Of a DNA stretch of 24,965 nt, positions 7,507 through 17,483 are shown in pieces (position 1 is the stretch's first letter; each line of letters starts with the position of its first letter). The position numbers and the translations under genes are program-made. Origin of the DNA: Verrucomicrobiales bacterium (lineage in GTDB: Bacteria; Verrucomicrobiota; Verrucomicrobiia; Verrucomicrobiales; V1-33). The notes under the pieces are model-generated. The model was not told the origin of the DNA, searched no databases, and saw nothing but the letters and a program-made list of their open reading frames with translations. The DNA lies in contig JANOAV010000170.1 in assembly GCA_031411295.1 (NCBI GenBank), forward strand, positions 1-24,965. The letters run 5' to 3'.

Positions 7507-10293
7507 ATGAAAAAATTCTCCACCACCTCGCTACAGCAAACGCTAGCTGGCGTTTGGCTATCCATGATGCCGCTTACCGCTCAGGCTGCCAACATTCTTT
7601 GGGTAAGCGACAATGGACCGGAGGGCACTGCCACTGGCACTGATAATGTCGGTAAGGGGAATTTCCTCGCCTCCAACTCCTCGCCCGACGGGAACAATCC
7701 TTTTGTGGACCAAGGGTTTGTGGACTTGCTAGCGGAGGCTGGGCACGCCGTGAGTCGTTTCAATCCCCGCTCAGGAGCGTTGTCTCTGGATGACGTGGAG
7801 ACGATTAATACTTTCGATCTGGTCATTGTTGGATCCGCCACCAACAGTGGTCCGTTCAACCTGAATGCCCAAGGACCCAAGTGGAATACCCTGATCACCA
7901 AGCCGATGATCACGACCAAGTCCACTCTGATCCGAGCGAACCGGATGGGGTATCTTTTAAATAACTTCGAATATGATTGCGGGGCTGATTTGAGCACTAC
8001 GGCCAGCGGTAAGGTGACATTCGTTCAGCCCCAAAGCGATATTTTCACGGGAATCCCCCGCACGGGTAATGTCATGGACAGCTACAGCTCCATTATCGTG
8101 CCAACCCCAACCAATAATCGTGGAACTTCCGTGCAGTTCTTTAAACTGTTGGTGGGTGGAGTGGAGCAAACCACAGCCCCTAATAATCCTCCAGTAAATA
8201 CAATGGAGCCTGGTGGTGTAAGCTTGGCGACCATCGAGTTTAATCCCCTGAATCCCGGGGTAAATATTGCCACTGGAGTCACTCCATCCATTGATCCGAA
8301 TTATGTGGCAACCGGTTACGCTATTGCTGAATGGCCAGCTAGGTCTAGAGTTCGGAGCACCCAAGTATCTGGCGGAGAACCGCTTGGAGGCTATCGGATG
8401 TTCTTCGGTTGCGGCACTCGTGATGCCTCTGGTTCTTCAACCAGTGCCCCCAATCCCCAAGCCGGGGCCTTGGATCTCACGCCCGAAGGCCAGCAAATGT
8501 TCCTCAACGCCATCCAACATGCGTTAGTCCAACCGAGCGCTCCCAGCAATTGGAATAACGTTTCCACGGATTATAAATGGAATCCCACCAGCACCAACTG
8601 GAACAGCCCGGCCACTGGCTGGGTGTCGGATGAGGACGCGATCTTCTCCTCCGCTGCGGCGGGGGTGGTGGGCACCGTCACCTTGGATGCCAGCGTCAAC
8701 GCGCATAGCGTGACCGTAAGCGTTCCTGGCTACTCGCTTGCCTCCTCCGGTGGGAGCACGCTGAATCTGACTGGTAATGCCACCATCACCGCAGACGCAC
8801 CATTTTCGATTGCCGCGCCCATCACCGGGACTTCGGGGCTAACCGTCCGGGGCAGCAGTGCCGTGAGCTTGGAAGCAGCCAATACCTACACCGGACCAAC
8901 CAAAGTGAAGAGTGGCACGCTGATCCTCCACGCCCCGACCACTGGCAACAACGCTTCCCCCTATGCCATCGTTGGTCTGGATGCGTTGGATGCTGGTGCT
9001 ACCCTGCAACAGTGGGCCGGAGCCCCCACTCCCTTGGGTGGCCCCTACACCAACGGCAGCTTGAACCGGGCGGCCAATGGTCAAATCTATCGCTTCGCAC
9101 CATTTGTCATGACGGGAGGCACCTTCGACCTCAATGGAGAAGATAACACCACTCAATGGCCTGCCCCGAGCGGGACTGGTATCATTACCAACAGTTCTCC
9201 GTATGCCCGTGCGGCGTATCGCATCGGTCTTGCCAGCGGCCAGACCGCAACCTTTAGCGGAGTCATCCAAAATGGGAACAATGGGGTTGTTGTGACCAGC
9301 ATTATTCCAAACACGGCTCCAGGGGTTACTCCCGTCACCTACAAGCAGGGCTACCGCATGGATCTGGACCTTCAGTCCATGGCTGACGATAGTTCGGTCT
9401 TTGTTCTCGCAGGCAAGAACACCTTCACTGGATTCACCCGGATCGGTGGCGGCCGACTTTCCTTCACGGGGAATGGCCGCTGGGGTGTTGCCACGAATAC
9501 CGGAGATGCCAATACGAGCACTCCTCCCGGAAGCATCATCTGTAATGGTGGCAATGCCTCCCTGCGGGTGGACTTCAACGGAACCAGCCAGACCACCGGT
9601 GGCTTGTCAGGTAATGGAGGAGTCTATGCCAACAACAGAGCAAATACTTGTTCCATCCTGACCGTGGGAGCTGCTAATCTGAGCAGCCCAACAGGGACCG
9701 GGACCCAAACCATCGAAGGCTACAATCCATGGCCGACTAACAACGCAACCCATGACGGCGGCAAAATCGTGGACAATACTACCGGCACCGGCGGCAAAGT
9801 CGCCCTGACTAAAATCGGCACCGGCACCATTTTGATGCCTACTCCACTGAACACCTACAGCGGCCCCACGCTCATCAACAACGGCGTGCTCTACATCACG
9901 GCATCCGGTGTTCCCAGCCCCAACAGCCCCATTCAGATCAACAACAATGGCGCTACCACCACCGGCCAGCTCAAGCTGGGCTACGAAGGCAACAAACCTG
10001 TCAGAGCCCTCCTGATCAACGGGGTGCAGCTTCCAATCGGCAATTATGATGCTACTACCTACCCAGGTTTGATCCTTGGCACTGGTGGCCTGACGGTCAC
10101 CTCCGACGATCCAGTGGAACTTTCCAACCTCACCGTCACCATCGAAGACACCGATGTCTTCGTGCGCTGGACTGGCTGCGGCGTGCTCCAATGGTCTTCC
10201 GACCTGCTCAACTGGACTGAACTCCCTGGAGCCACCAGTCCCTACAACACACCATTCACGCCCGGGAAGAAATTCTGGCGTCTGCGGCTCTAA
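7507..10293 (+). CDS. Secreted protein with autotransporter-associated beta-strand (PATR) repeats, adhesin-like
   Basis: Signal peptide ending AQA; three PATR-like repeats (AANTYTGPTKVKSGTL, GKNTFTGFTRIGGGRL, LTKIGTGT..NTYSGPTLINNGVL); G/T/N-rich; short C-terminal domain ending KKFWRLRL; no beta-barrel. Confidence 0.85.
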   Translation: MKKFSTTSLQQTLAGVWLSMMPLTAQAANILWVSDNGPEGTATGTDNVGKGNFLASNSSPDGNNPFVDQGFVDLLAEAGHAVSRFNPRSGALSLDDVETINTFDLVIVGSATNSGPFNLNAQGPKWNTLITKPMITTKSTLIRANRMGYLLNNFEYDCGADLSTTASGKVTFVQPQSDIFTGIPRTGNVMDSYSSIIVPTPTNNRGTSVQFFKLLVGGVEQTTAPNNPPVNTMEPGGVSLATIEFNPLNPGVNIATGVTPSIDPNYVATGYAIAEWPARSRVRSTQVSGGEPLGGYRMFFGCGTRDASGSSTSAPNPQAGALDLTPEGQQMFLNAIQHALVQPSAPSNWNNVSTDYKWNPTSTNWNSPATGWVSDEDAIFSSAAAGVVGTVTLDASVNAHSVTVSVPGYSLASSGGSTLNLTGNATITADAPFSIAAPITGTSGLTVRGSSAVSLEAANTYTGPTKVKSGTLILHAPTTGNNASPYAIVGLDALDAGATLQQWAGAPTPLGGPYTNGSLNRAANGQIYRFAPFVMTGGTFDLNGEDNTTQWPAPSGTGIITNSSPYARAAYRIGLASGQTATFSGVIQNGNNGVVVTSIIPNTAPGVTPVTYKQGYRMDLDLQSMADDSSVFVLAGKNTFTGFTRIGGGRLSFTGNGRWGVATNTGDANTSTPPGSIICNGGNASLRVDFNGTSQTTGGLSGNGGVYANNRANTCSILTVGAANLSSPTGTGTQTIEGYNPWPTNNATHDGGKIVDNTTGTGGKVALTKIGTGTILMPTPLNTYSGPTLINNGVLYITASGVPSPNSPIQINNNGATTTGQLKLGYEGNKPVRALLINGVQLPIGNYDATTYPGLILGTGGLTVTSDDPVELSNLTVTIEDTDVFVRWTGCGVLQWSSDLLNWTELPGATSPYNTPFTPGKKFWRLRL

Positions 10294-10309
10294 GCCTCAA
10301 TCCGTTCAT

Positions 10310-10349
10310 GCACGGATCAGGAGTCTCGGCTCCTGATCCGTGCTCTTTT
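10310..10349 (+). terminator. Rho-independent terminator
   Basis: GCACGGATCAGGAG-TCTCGG-CTCCTGATCCGTGC is a perfect 14-bp stem followed by TCTTTT. Confidence 0.8.
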
Positions 10350-10378
10350 CCAGGCTGTTTCCCTTCCTCAACGAAACG

Positions 10379-13300
10379 ATGTCGCCTCGTCCAGTCATTG
10401 TTTTCGCCTGCCTGTGGGCCATGTCACTGGCCACCACGCACGGACAGTTTGTGATCAGTGAATTCATGGCCAACAATCTCAGCAGTGCTGAGGTGGACGA
10501 AGACACCAGCCACTCGGATTGGATCGAGATTCAGAATAACGGACCCACGACTGCCTCGCTCAATGGGTGGTATCTCACGGATGATGCTACCGAGTTACGC
10601 AAATGGCAATTTCCCCTGACTACCCCAGCGGTCAGCGTGCCCGGGGGTGGTCGTATTACCGTTTGGGCGTCCAGCAAAAACCGCAAAGCCAGCGCCACCC
10701 GACTCCACACCAATTTCAAACTCAATAACACCGGGGAATTCCTCGCGTTAGTGCGCCCGGACGGCACCACCATTGAGCATAGCTATTCCCCTGCCTATCC
10801 TCCTCAGATCCCCAGTGGAACCTATGGCCTCGGTAATGTCCTAACCACAAAAGTCCTCCTGCCTGAAATCAGTCCAGGGCGCGCTAAATCGCCCACCAGC
10901 GCGTCGGACTTCAGCTTAAACTTTAACAATTGGAGGCTCGCCACATTTGATGATACTTCCTGGCAGGCGGGCACGGCAGGCTTTGGGTTTGGCAGCCCAT
11001 TTACGAGTCAACTCGGCAGCGGAGGAAATATCTCCGGGATGATGCGAGGACTGAATGCCAGTTGCTTCATTCGTTACAAATTCAATTACACGCCAACCTT
11101 TCCAGTGGCCGCCATGCGACTCATCATGCGATGGGACGACGGCTTCAGCAGTTATCTGAATGGAAATTTCGTGCTCAAAAACGGCGGAGCCCTGATCCCA
11201 GCATGGAATTCCGTGGCCTTGTCTGCGCGCGACGATACCACCTCCGCCACCACCTTGGCAGCCAATACCGGCATTCCATTCCTCGTCAGTGGAACCAATC
11301 TGCTTGGTTTCCAACTCTTCAACAGTGCGGCCACAGAATTCAACGGCTCCAACGACGTGACGAACGCCCTGCTCAAAGCCCAATTGGAGATCGATGAAAT
11401 TACATCGATCGCGTCCGGTTATCTGAGCGCCTCCACCCGGGGCGCAGCCAACGCCAACCTGCGGACCACCATCGGCCCCGCCATCAGCAACACCACCGAT
11501 AAGCCCCCGCAGCCCACCGGAGGAGCCACCAGCGCTCCCATGCTGATCACGACCACCGTGAATCCCACCCTGCGCCCGCTCGCTCCTAGCAATCCCGTAA
11601 CTCTGCGGTGGCGACGAATGTTTGCCACAGAATCCAGCGTCACCATGATGGACGACGGCACGAATGGGGATGTCACGGCCAACGATAAAATCTACACTGC
11701 CAGCATCCCCACCACCAGCCTGCTGCCAGGTGAAATGATTCGCTGGCGCATCGTCGCCCAGGATAATTCTGCCAGCCCAATTTATGCTTACGATCCACCC
11801 TACCCAGGCTTTTCCTCTACCGCGTTACCGACCAACCCACCTCCGGTGGATGCCTTCATGGAGGCGGAACAATATTTTGGAACCATCGCCCTTCCGGCCC
11901 TGGTCGGGAACACCAGTTTGCCCGTGCTCCACTGGTATTTTACTGGCCCTGATAACACCGTAAATGGCAACGGCACGCGATGCTCGTTCTTCTGGCAACC
12001 GCTCCCGCTGGATCAACCTCCTGCTGGCTACGTGCCGCCCAAACCGAGATTCTATGACAACGTGCTCGTAAACATTCACGGCCAGAGTTCGCAAGGTTTC
12101 CCCAAGAAGAGTCACGACCTTAGCTTCAGCAAAGACAACCGTTTCCTCTGGAAAGACGGCACCCCGGAGACCTCTGGGGTCAATTTACTATCCAACTATG
12201 CGGACAAATCCAAAGTGCGGGATAGCACTGCCTACTGGGTCTGGGAGAAGTCCCAGCACATCGCATCACACTATGCCACGCTGGTTAGGGTTCAGCAAAA
12301 CAACGCTTTCAAGGGCCTCTACGATCTCGTCGAAAATGGCAACGCCTCTTGGCTCAAACGCCAGCATCTGGATGAAGCGGGCACGCTTTACAAAATCTAC
12401 AACTCCCTCGAATCGACCGCTGGCAATGAAAAGAAAAATCCCGACGACACCGATGCCACTGAACTCAACGCCCTCGTGGCTGGAATCAATCCTAGCCTTC
12501 CTCTAACCAACCGACTGAAATACCTCTACGACAATGTCAATGTGGCGGCCCTGATCAATTGCATGGCCACCCATTCCATCATTTTGAATCGGGACTTCGG
12601 GCATAAGAATTACTACGTTTATCGCGACACCCACGGCACCCAGGAATGGAGCGTCCTGCCGTGGGATCAAGACCTGTGCCTCGGCCATACGTGGACCGGG
12701 GAGCAGGGATACTTCGATGATAACACCCATAGTCAGGCCGCCTTGCAGCCTATTAATTCAGGCGTGCCGGGCAATCGACTCATGCAGTTGGTCTATGACA
12801 CCCCCGAATTGAATCACATGTTTGTTCGTCGCCTGCGCACCCTGGCGGATCATTTCTACGTTGCTCCGGCCGAAACGAACGGCCCCATCGCGCAACACAT
12901 CGACGCCATCATCCAACAAATCGATCCCGATCCCAATAACACCGCCACGGGACTCGACGATGCCGATTTGGATTCCCGAGCCTGGGGCTTTTGGGTCGAT
13001 GGCAGTGGCACCAGCATTCCTTACACAGATTCCCGGATGGCTGAGCAAACAGCCCGCGTCCAAGCCGCACGGATTACGATTTCCAATCCCGTCCCACCGA
13101 ACCCAGGCGGCATTTACAACGATGGCACTGCTTCAGACTTCCCCTTCTTGCTCGGGCGGAGAGACTACTATTTCAGCGCCATTCCGCCCATCAGTCCCAG
13201 CCTCAACGGCACCACGTTACCCAACCAAGTCTTCCCCACGAGTCAGCCGGCGGAACCAAATGTTATCCTGGAACAATTCAACGTCACGCCCACTACGGGC

Positions 13301-14617
13301 AACTATCAAGACCAGGAATATTTCGTGATCCGCAATCCCAATGCCTTTGCCGTGGACCTTTCGGGATGGAAACTCGGCGGAGATATCAAGCTAATATTCC
13401 AAGGCGGCACCATCATTCCCGCTCAAGGTGCGGCCACCACCCAGCCGGAGAATGCCGCTTACGTCAACGAACTGGTTGTTGCCAACCAGCCCGCGGGATT
13501 TCGCACCCGCAGCACTGCGCCCATGGCCAACCAATATCGATTGGTGGCCGGACCCTACGAGCATCAGCTTTCCGCCTATGGTGGCACGATCACGTTGAGC
13601 CGCCCTAACGATCCGCTCAATCCCTCCGCTGGTTACACCCAAGTTCAGAGCGTGACTTACACTGGCGTGCCGACCGATGCCCAGAAATATCTCCGCATCA
13701 CAGAATTGAATTTTCGCCCCGCTCCTGCCACCACGCAGGAACTTGCCCAGCTCCCTGGACTGGTTAGTGGAGATTTCGAATTTATTGAATTACTCAACAC
13801 AGGCGAGCAACCGTTAGACTTGGGCGGGACCTACTTTGAGGAAGGCGTGGAATTTACCTTTCCGAAACCTTTCCTTCTCAACCCCGATCAACGCTGTGTC
13901 CTGGTTGCCAGTGAGACCGCATTCGCCATCCGCTACGGATCCAGCCACTTGGTTGCCGGGGAATTCCAAGGGGCTTTGGACAATGGTGGCGAGACGTTGC
14001 GATTGCTGGATTCGGTAGGAGAAGCCGTGTTGGAATTCACCTATGATGACGATTGGTATCCCGTGCCGACAGGGCAATATCGCAGTTTCGTAATTGCTAC
14101 GCCAATGCCTGCGGCCACCGCTTACAGCCAACCAGCCAGTTGGGCACTCAGCGCCAACACGAACGGCAGTCCCAGTGCTGGCGACACCACTTCATCGATC
14201 GTTTACGAAGGTTGGCGACACGCCTTTTTTGCGAATGCCCTCACCAATCCCGCCGCCCCTCCAACGGCAGATCCCGATGGGGATGGTTGGACAAATTTTT
14301 CCGAATACGCTTTCGGTAGCAATCCAATCGATGCCTCCTCCGTGCCGCAGGTGCGCTCCGGCAGTGCTAATATAGGTGCCGACACCTTCCTTACTATCAC
14401 CTGCCAACGTCCGCTGAATACCATCGATACGGTGTATCAGGGACAAGCCACCTCGGACTTGGCTAATGGTCCCTGGGTGCCGGATGCCGTGCTCCTTACC
14501 CCCGCAGTGGCGTTAAGTAATGGACTGGAAGAAGTCACCTTCCGGGATACGATCAGTCTCACGACAAGTCCCACGCGGTTCCTGCGCTGCAGTTGTTCCC
14601 AACCAGTAAACCCATAA
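10379..14617 (+). CDS. Secreted CotH-family kinase / lamin-tail-domain (LTD) protein
   Basis: Signal peptide ending THG; LTDs (VISEFMANN..DWIEIQN..LNGWYLTD; EYFVIRNPN..VDLSGWKL; LRITELNF..EFIELLN); CotH motifs GQSS..FPKKS, NRD..HKNYY and PWDQD; C-terminal DPDGDG domain. ATG 10379 chosen because GTG 10340 lies inside the hairpin. Confidence 0.88.
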   Translation: MSPRPVIVFACLWAMSLATTHGQFVISEFMANNLSSAEVDEDTSHSDWIEIQNNGPTTASLNGWYLTDDATELRKWQFPLTTPAVSVPGGGRITVWASSKNRKASATRLHTNFKLNNTGEFLALVRPDGTTIEHSYSPAYPPQIPSGTYGLGNVLTTKVLLPEISPGRAKSPTSASDFSLNFNNWRLATFDDTSWQAGTAGFGFGSPFTSQLGSGGNISGMMRGLNASCFIRYKFNYTPTFPVAAMRLIMRWDDGFSSYLNGNFVLKNGGALIPAWNSVALSARDDTTSATTLAANTGIPFLVSGTNLLGFQLFNSAATEFNGSNDVTNALLKAQLEIDEITSIASGYLSASTRGAANANLRTTIGPAISNTTDKPPQPTGGATSAPMLITTTVNPTLRPLAPSNPVTLRWRRMFATESSVTMMDDGTNGDVTANDKIYTASIPTTSLLPGEMIRWRIVAQDNSASPIYAYDPPYPGFSSTALPTNPPPVDAFMEAEQYFGTIALPALVGNTSLPVLHWYFTGPDNTVNGNGTRCSFFWQPLPLDQPPAGYVPPKPRFYDNVLVNIHGQSSQGFPKKSHDLSFSKDNRFLWKDGTPETSGVNLLSNYADKSKVRDSTAYWVWEKSQHIASHYATLVRVQQNNAFKGLYDLVENGNASWLKRQHLDEAGTLYKIYNSLESTAGNEKKNPDDTDATELNALVAGINPSLPLTNRLKYLYDNVNVAALINCMATHSIILNRDFGHKNYYVYRDTHGTQEWSVLPWDQDLCLGHTWTGEQGYFDDNTHSQAALQPINSGVPGNRLMQLVYDTPELNHMFVRRLRTLADHFYVAPAETNGPIAQHIDAIIQQIDPDPNNTATGLDDADLDSRAWGFWVDGSGTSIPYTDSRMAEQTARVQAARITISNPVPPNPGGIYNDGTASDFPFLLGRRDYYFSAIPPISPSLNGTTLPNQVFPTSQPAEPNVILEQFNVTPTTGNYQDQEYFVIRNPNAFAVDLSGWKLGGDIKLIFQGGTIIPAQGAATTQPENAAYVNELVVANQPAGFRTRSTAPMANQYRLVAGPYEHQLSAYGGTITLSRPNDPLNPSAGYTQVQSVTYTGVPTDAQKYLRITELNFRPAPATTQELAQLPGLVSGDFEFIELLNTGEQPLDLGGTYFEEGVEFTFPKPFLLNPDQRCVLVASETAFAIRYGSSHLVAGEFQGALDNGGETLRLLDSVGEAVLEFTYDDDWYPVPTGQYRSFVIATPMPAATAYSQPASWALSANTNGSPSAGDTTSSIVYEGWRHAFFANALTNPAAPPTADPDGDGWTNFSEYAFGSNPIDASSVPQVRSGSANIGADTFLTITCQRPLNTIDTVYQGQATSDLANGPWVPDAVLLTPAVALSNGLEEVTFRDTISLTTSPTRFLRCSCSQPVNP

Positions 14618-14621
14618 TCTC

Positions 14622-15992
14622 ATGACGCCCCAATCACCAACCCCTCCACCGCTTTCCCGCCGCAGTTTTCTCCAGCAATCCACCGTGGCAGCTGGCGCGT
14701 TATTGGCGGCTCCCAGCTTCGGGGCTACGGCCGCAGATAGGAAATTAAATATCGCCTTTATCGGCATGGGCGGGCAAATCCAGGGACACGTTAGTCAATT
14801 AATCCAGATGGGACATCACGTGGCCGCCCTGTGCGATGTGGATGCCCGCCAAATCGAAAGCACCCAGAAACGCCACGGAGAAGCCGTCGCTCAGGCCGCT
14901 ATTTATCAGGATTACCGCGTGCTCTTCGCGAAGGAGAAATCCATCGATGCGGTCGTCATCGCCACCCCGGATCACTGGCATGCTCCCATCTGCCGAGCCG
15001 CCATCAAGGCTGGTAAGCACGTTTACTGCGAGAAGCCACTAACGCATACCATCGCAGAAGCACGGGAACTCCGAGAGTTGGCCAAAGCCTCGCCCGTCGT
15101 CACCCAGACCGGCAACCAAGGCAGTGCCTCACCCGGCTTGCGCCGCAGCATGGAATTGATTGCCGCCAATTTCTTCGGCCCCATCAGCGAAATCCACGTC
15201 TGGCATCCAGACCATAGTTGGCCCAGCGGCGTGTCCCGCCCGGAAGGCACCGATGCCGTGCCGGAACAACTCGATTGGGATTTCTGGTTAGGCACATCTC
15301 CCCTGCGCCCCTTCAAAGAGAACCAATATCATCCCGTGAAATGGCGTGGGTGGTATGATTTTGGCAACGGCTCCGTAGGCGATTTCTGCTGCCACGGCTT
15401 TAACCTGCCCGTGCGGGCGCTCAACTTGGACTACCCTACCCACATCGAAGTCAGCGGCCAGGGGCTTGGTTTGGAAAGCTTCGCCAAAGCCTGCACCGTG
15501 CGCTATCATTTCCCGGCCCGGGGCGATCGGGGGCCAGTGAAACTCAATTTCTACACCGGAGGCGATCTCCCACCGCCAGAGGTCACCGCAGCCCTAACTG
15601 ACTCCTTCGGCAAAGTTTCCGGCACCGGGTGCCTGCTCCTTGGCACCAAAGGACAACTCTCCAGCGGCCTCTGGAATTCCGACTGCTACGTCAAACTCAA
15701 TGAAGATAAACGATTCACCGGAGCCGACAACCACGCTGCCGCCAAGGAAATCCCGCAAACCCTGCCCCGCGTCAAAAGTCATCTCCACGAGTGGGTGGAT
15801 GCCTGCCTCGGCGGCCCCAAAGTCTTCGCAGACTTCGATCTTGGCGGCCACTTAACGGAAATCGGCCTGGCCGGCATCGTCTCCCTTCGCCTGCAAAAGA
15901 ACATCGACTGGGACGGCCCCAACATGAAAGTCCCCGGCATGCCCGAGGCCGACCAATACATCCGCCGAACCGATCGCAAAACCTATCTCTAG
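14622..15992 (+). CDS. Tat-exported Gfo/Idh/MocA family NAD(P)-dependent oxidoreductase
   Basis: SRRSFL Tat motif; Rossmann IGMGGQ; DAVVIATPDHWH; HVYCEKPL; LDWDFWLG; WRGWYDFGNG..GD. Confidence 0.95.
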   Translation: MTPQSPTPPPLSRRSFLQQSTVAAGALLAAPSFGATAADRKLNIAFIGMGGQIQGHVSQLIQMGHHVAALCDVDARQIESTQKRHGEAVAQAAIYQDYRVLFAKEKSIDAVVIATPDHWHAPICRAAIKAGKHVYCEKPLTHTIAEARELRELAKASPVVTQTGNQGSASPGLRRSMELIAANFFGPISEIHVWHPDHSWPSGVSRPEGTDAVPEQLDWDFWLGTSPLRPFKENQYHPVKWRGWYDFGNGSVGDFCCHGFNLPVRALNLDYPTHIEVSGQGLGLESFAKACTVRYHFPARGDRGPVKLNFYTGGDLPPPEVTAALTDSFGKVSGTGCLLLGTKGQLSSGLWNSDCYVKLNEDKRFTGADNHAAAKEIPQTLPRVKSHLHEWVDACLGGPKVFADFDLGGHLTEIGLAGIVSLRLQKNIDWDGPNMKVPGMPEADQYIRRTDRKTYL

Positions 15993-16037
15993 CCGGGGAC
16001 AGTTTACTGGGCCACGAACCGCGCGACACATCACACC

Positions 16038-17483
16038 ATGCAAAACCGCACGTTCATTTCATTCCTTTCAGGCTTCCTGCTTGGCTGCACATCCCAGCAA
16101 GGGCAGGCGGAGATCCATCATGCTCAGGGTGAGTTGGCGGGGGAGGTGACTGCCAGCACCGTCCTACTGCAATCTCGACTCACTGCGCTCCCTGGCCCGG
16201 GATTGGACGCCATGGGGGATGTGCCGGGGGCGGTGGGTGCGGGCTGCTTTGAGTGGAGCACGGCGGCGGATTTCACCAATGCCAAACGATCGCATTGGAT
16301 GCAGGCGGGGGCGGGCAGCGATTTCATTTTGCGCACTCGGTTAGGCGGGTTAGTGCCCGGGACCGTGCATTATTATCGGCTGGTTTTCGGAACGGATGAA
16401 GCATCTGCCAAGCCAGGCCCAACGCGGCAATTTAAGACGCTCCCCACCGCCACGCAGGCTCCGGAAGTGAGCTTCTGCATGGGGAGTTGCATGAACTACT
16501 ACGCCTTCATGAGTGGGAAACCCAACGGCAAAGGACCAGTCACGGCCACGTTGGAGGATAAGCGTCTCGGCTATCCATCGTTTGCTGCCATGCTGGCCCT
16601 GAAACCGGATTTCTTCATCGGGACGGGCGATATTGTTTATTATGACCAACCGAGGGAGACTGCGGCCAAATCATTGTCCGAGCTAAGACGCAAATGGCAT
16701 GAGCAGGCGAGGTTTCCCCGGCTCATCGATTTCTTCTCCCGCACCCCAGCATTCTGGTCCAAGGACGATCATGATTTTCGTTTCGATGATGCCGATTTAA
16801 ATGGCAAAAATTTGCCTGCCCCCACCACTGGGATTGAAATCTTCCGGGAACAAATGCCGATTCACGCGGCGGGAGATCAAGCGAGTCCAACCTACCGCAC
16901 GCATCGGATTCATCGTGATGTGCAGTTGTGGTTTACGGAAGGCCGGGACTTCCGCTCCCCTAACAAGATGGAGGATGGACCGGAAAAATCCATGTGGGGC
17001 AAGGCCCAACATGACTGGCTCCAGCGCACGCTGAAAGCCAGCGATGCGCAATGGAAGATCATCATCACGCCAACGCCCATGGTTGGTCCAGATGACGCTC
17101 GCAAGCAGGACAACCATGCCAATCTGGGGGGATTCCGTCACGAAGCCGATGATTTCTTCGCCTGGATGACGGGGCAAAAGGTGGGACCTATCATCACCTT
17201 TTGCGGAGACCGGCATTGGCAATATCACAGCATTCATCCGTCTGGAGTTGAGGAATTCTCTTGTGGCGCGCTAAATGACGAAAACTCGCGGATGGGAGTC
17301 GCTCCCGGAGCCAAGAACGGCACCGATCCGTCTGCCCTTATCAAGCAACCCTACACCTATGACCAGCCGACGGGCGGATTCCTCCACGTTACCGTTGACC
17401 CTCATCAAGCAACGGGATCAAGCCTGAAGATGGAGTTTCGGGATGACACGGGAGCCGTTCTGCATTCGGTCGAAAAACGCTAA
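16038..17483 (+). CDS. Alkaline phosphatase D (PhoD) family metallophosphoesterase, probable lipoprotein
   Basis: N-terminal Fn3/PhoD_N-like region (GLVPGTVHYYR); motifs GSC, GDIVYYD, DDHD, GRDFRS and GDRH; LLGC lipobox-like sequence. Confidence 0.88.
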   Translation: MQNRTFISFLSGFLLGCTSQQGQAEIHHAQGELAGEVTASTVLLQSRLTALPGPGLDAMGDVPGAVGAGCFEWSTAADFTNAKRSHWMQAGAGSDFILRTRLGGLVPGTVHYYRLVFGTDEASAKPGPTRQFKTLPTATQAPEVSFCMGSCMNYYAFMSGKPNGKGPVTATLEDKRLGYPSFAAMLALKPDFFIGTGDIVYYDQPRETAAKSLSELRRKWHEQARFPRLIDFFSRTPAFWSKDDHDFRFDDADLNGKNLPAPTTGIEIFREQMPIHAAGDQASPTYRTHRIHRDVQLWFTEGRDFRSPNKMEDGPEKSMWGKAQHDWLQRTLKASDAQWKIIITPTPMVGPDDARKQDNHANLGGFRHEADDFFAWMTGQKVGPIITFCGDRHWQYHSIHPSGVEEFSCGALNDENSRMGVAPGAKNGTDPSALIKQPYTYDQPTGGFLHVTVDPHQATGSSLKMEFRDDTGAVLHSVEKR

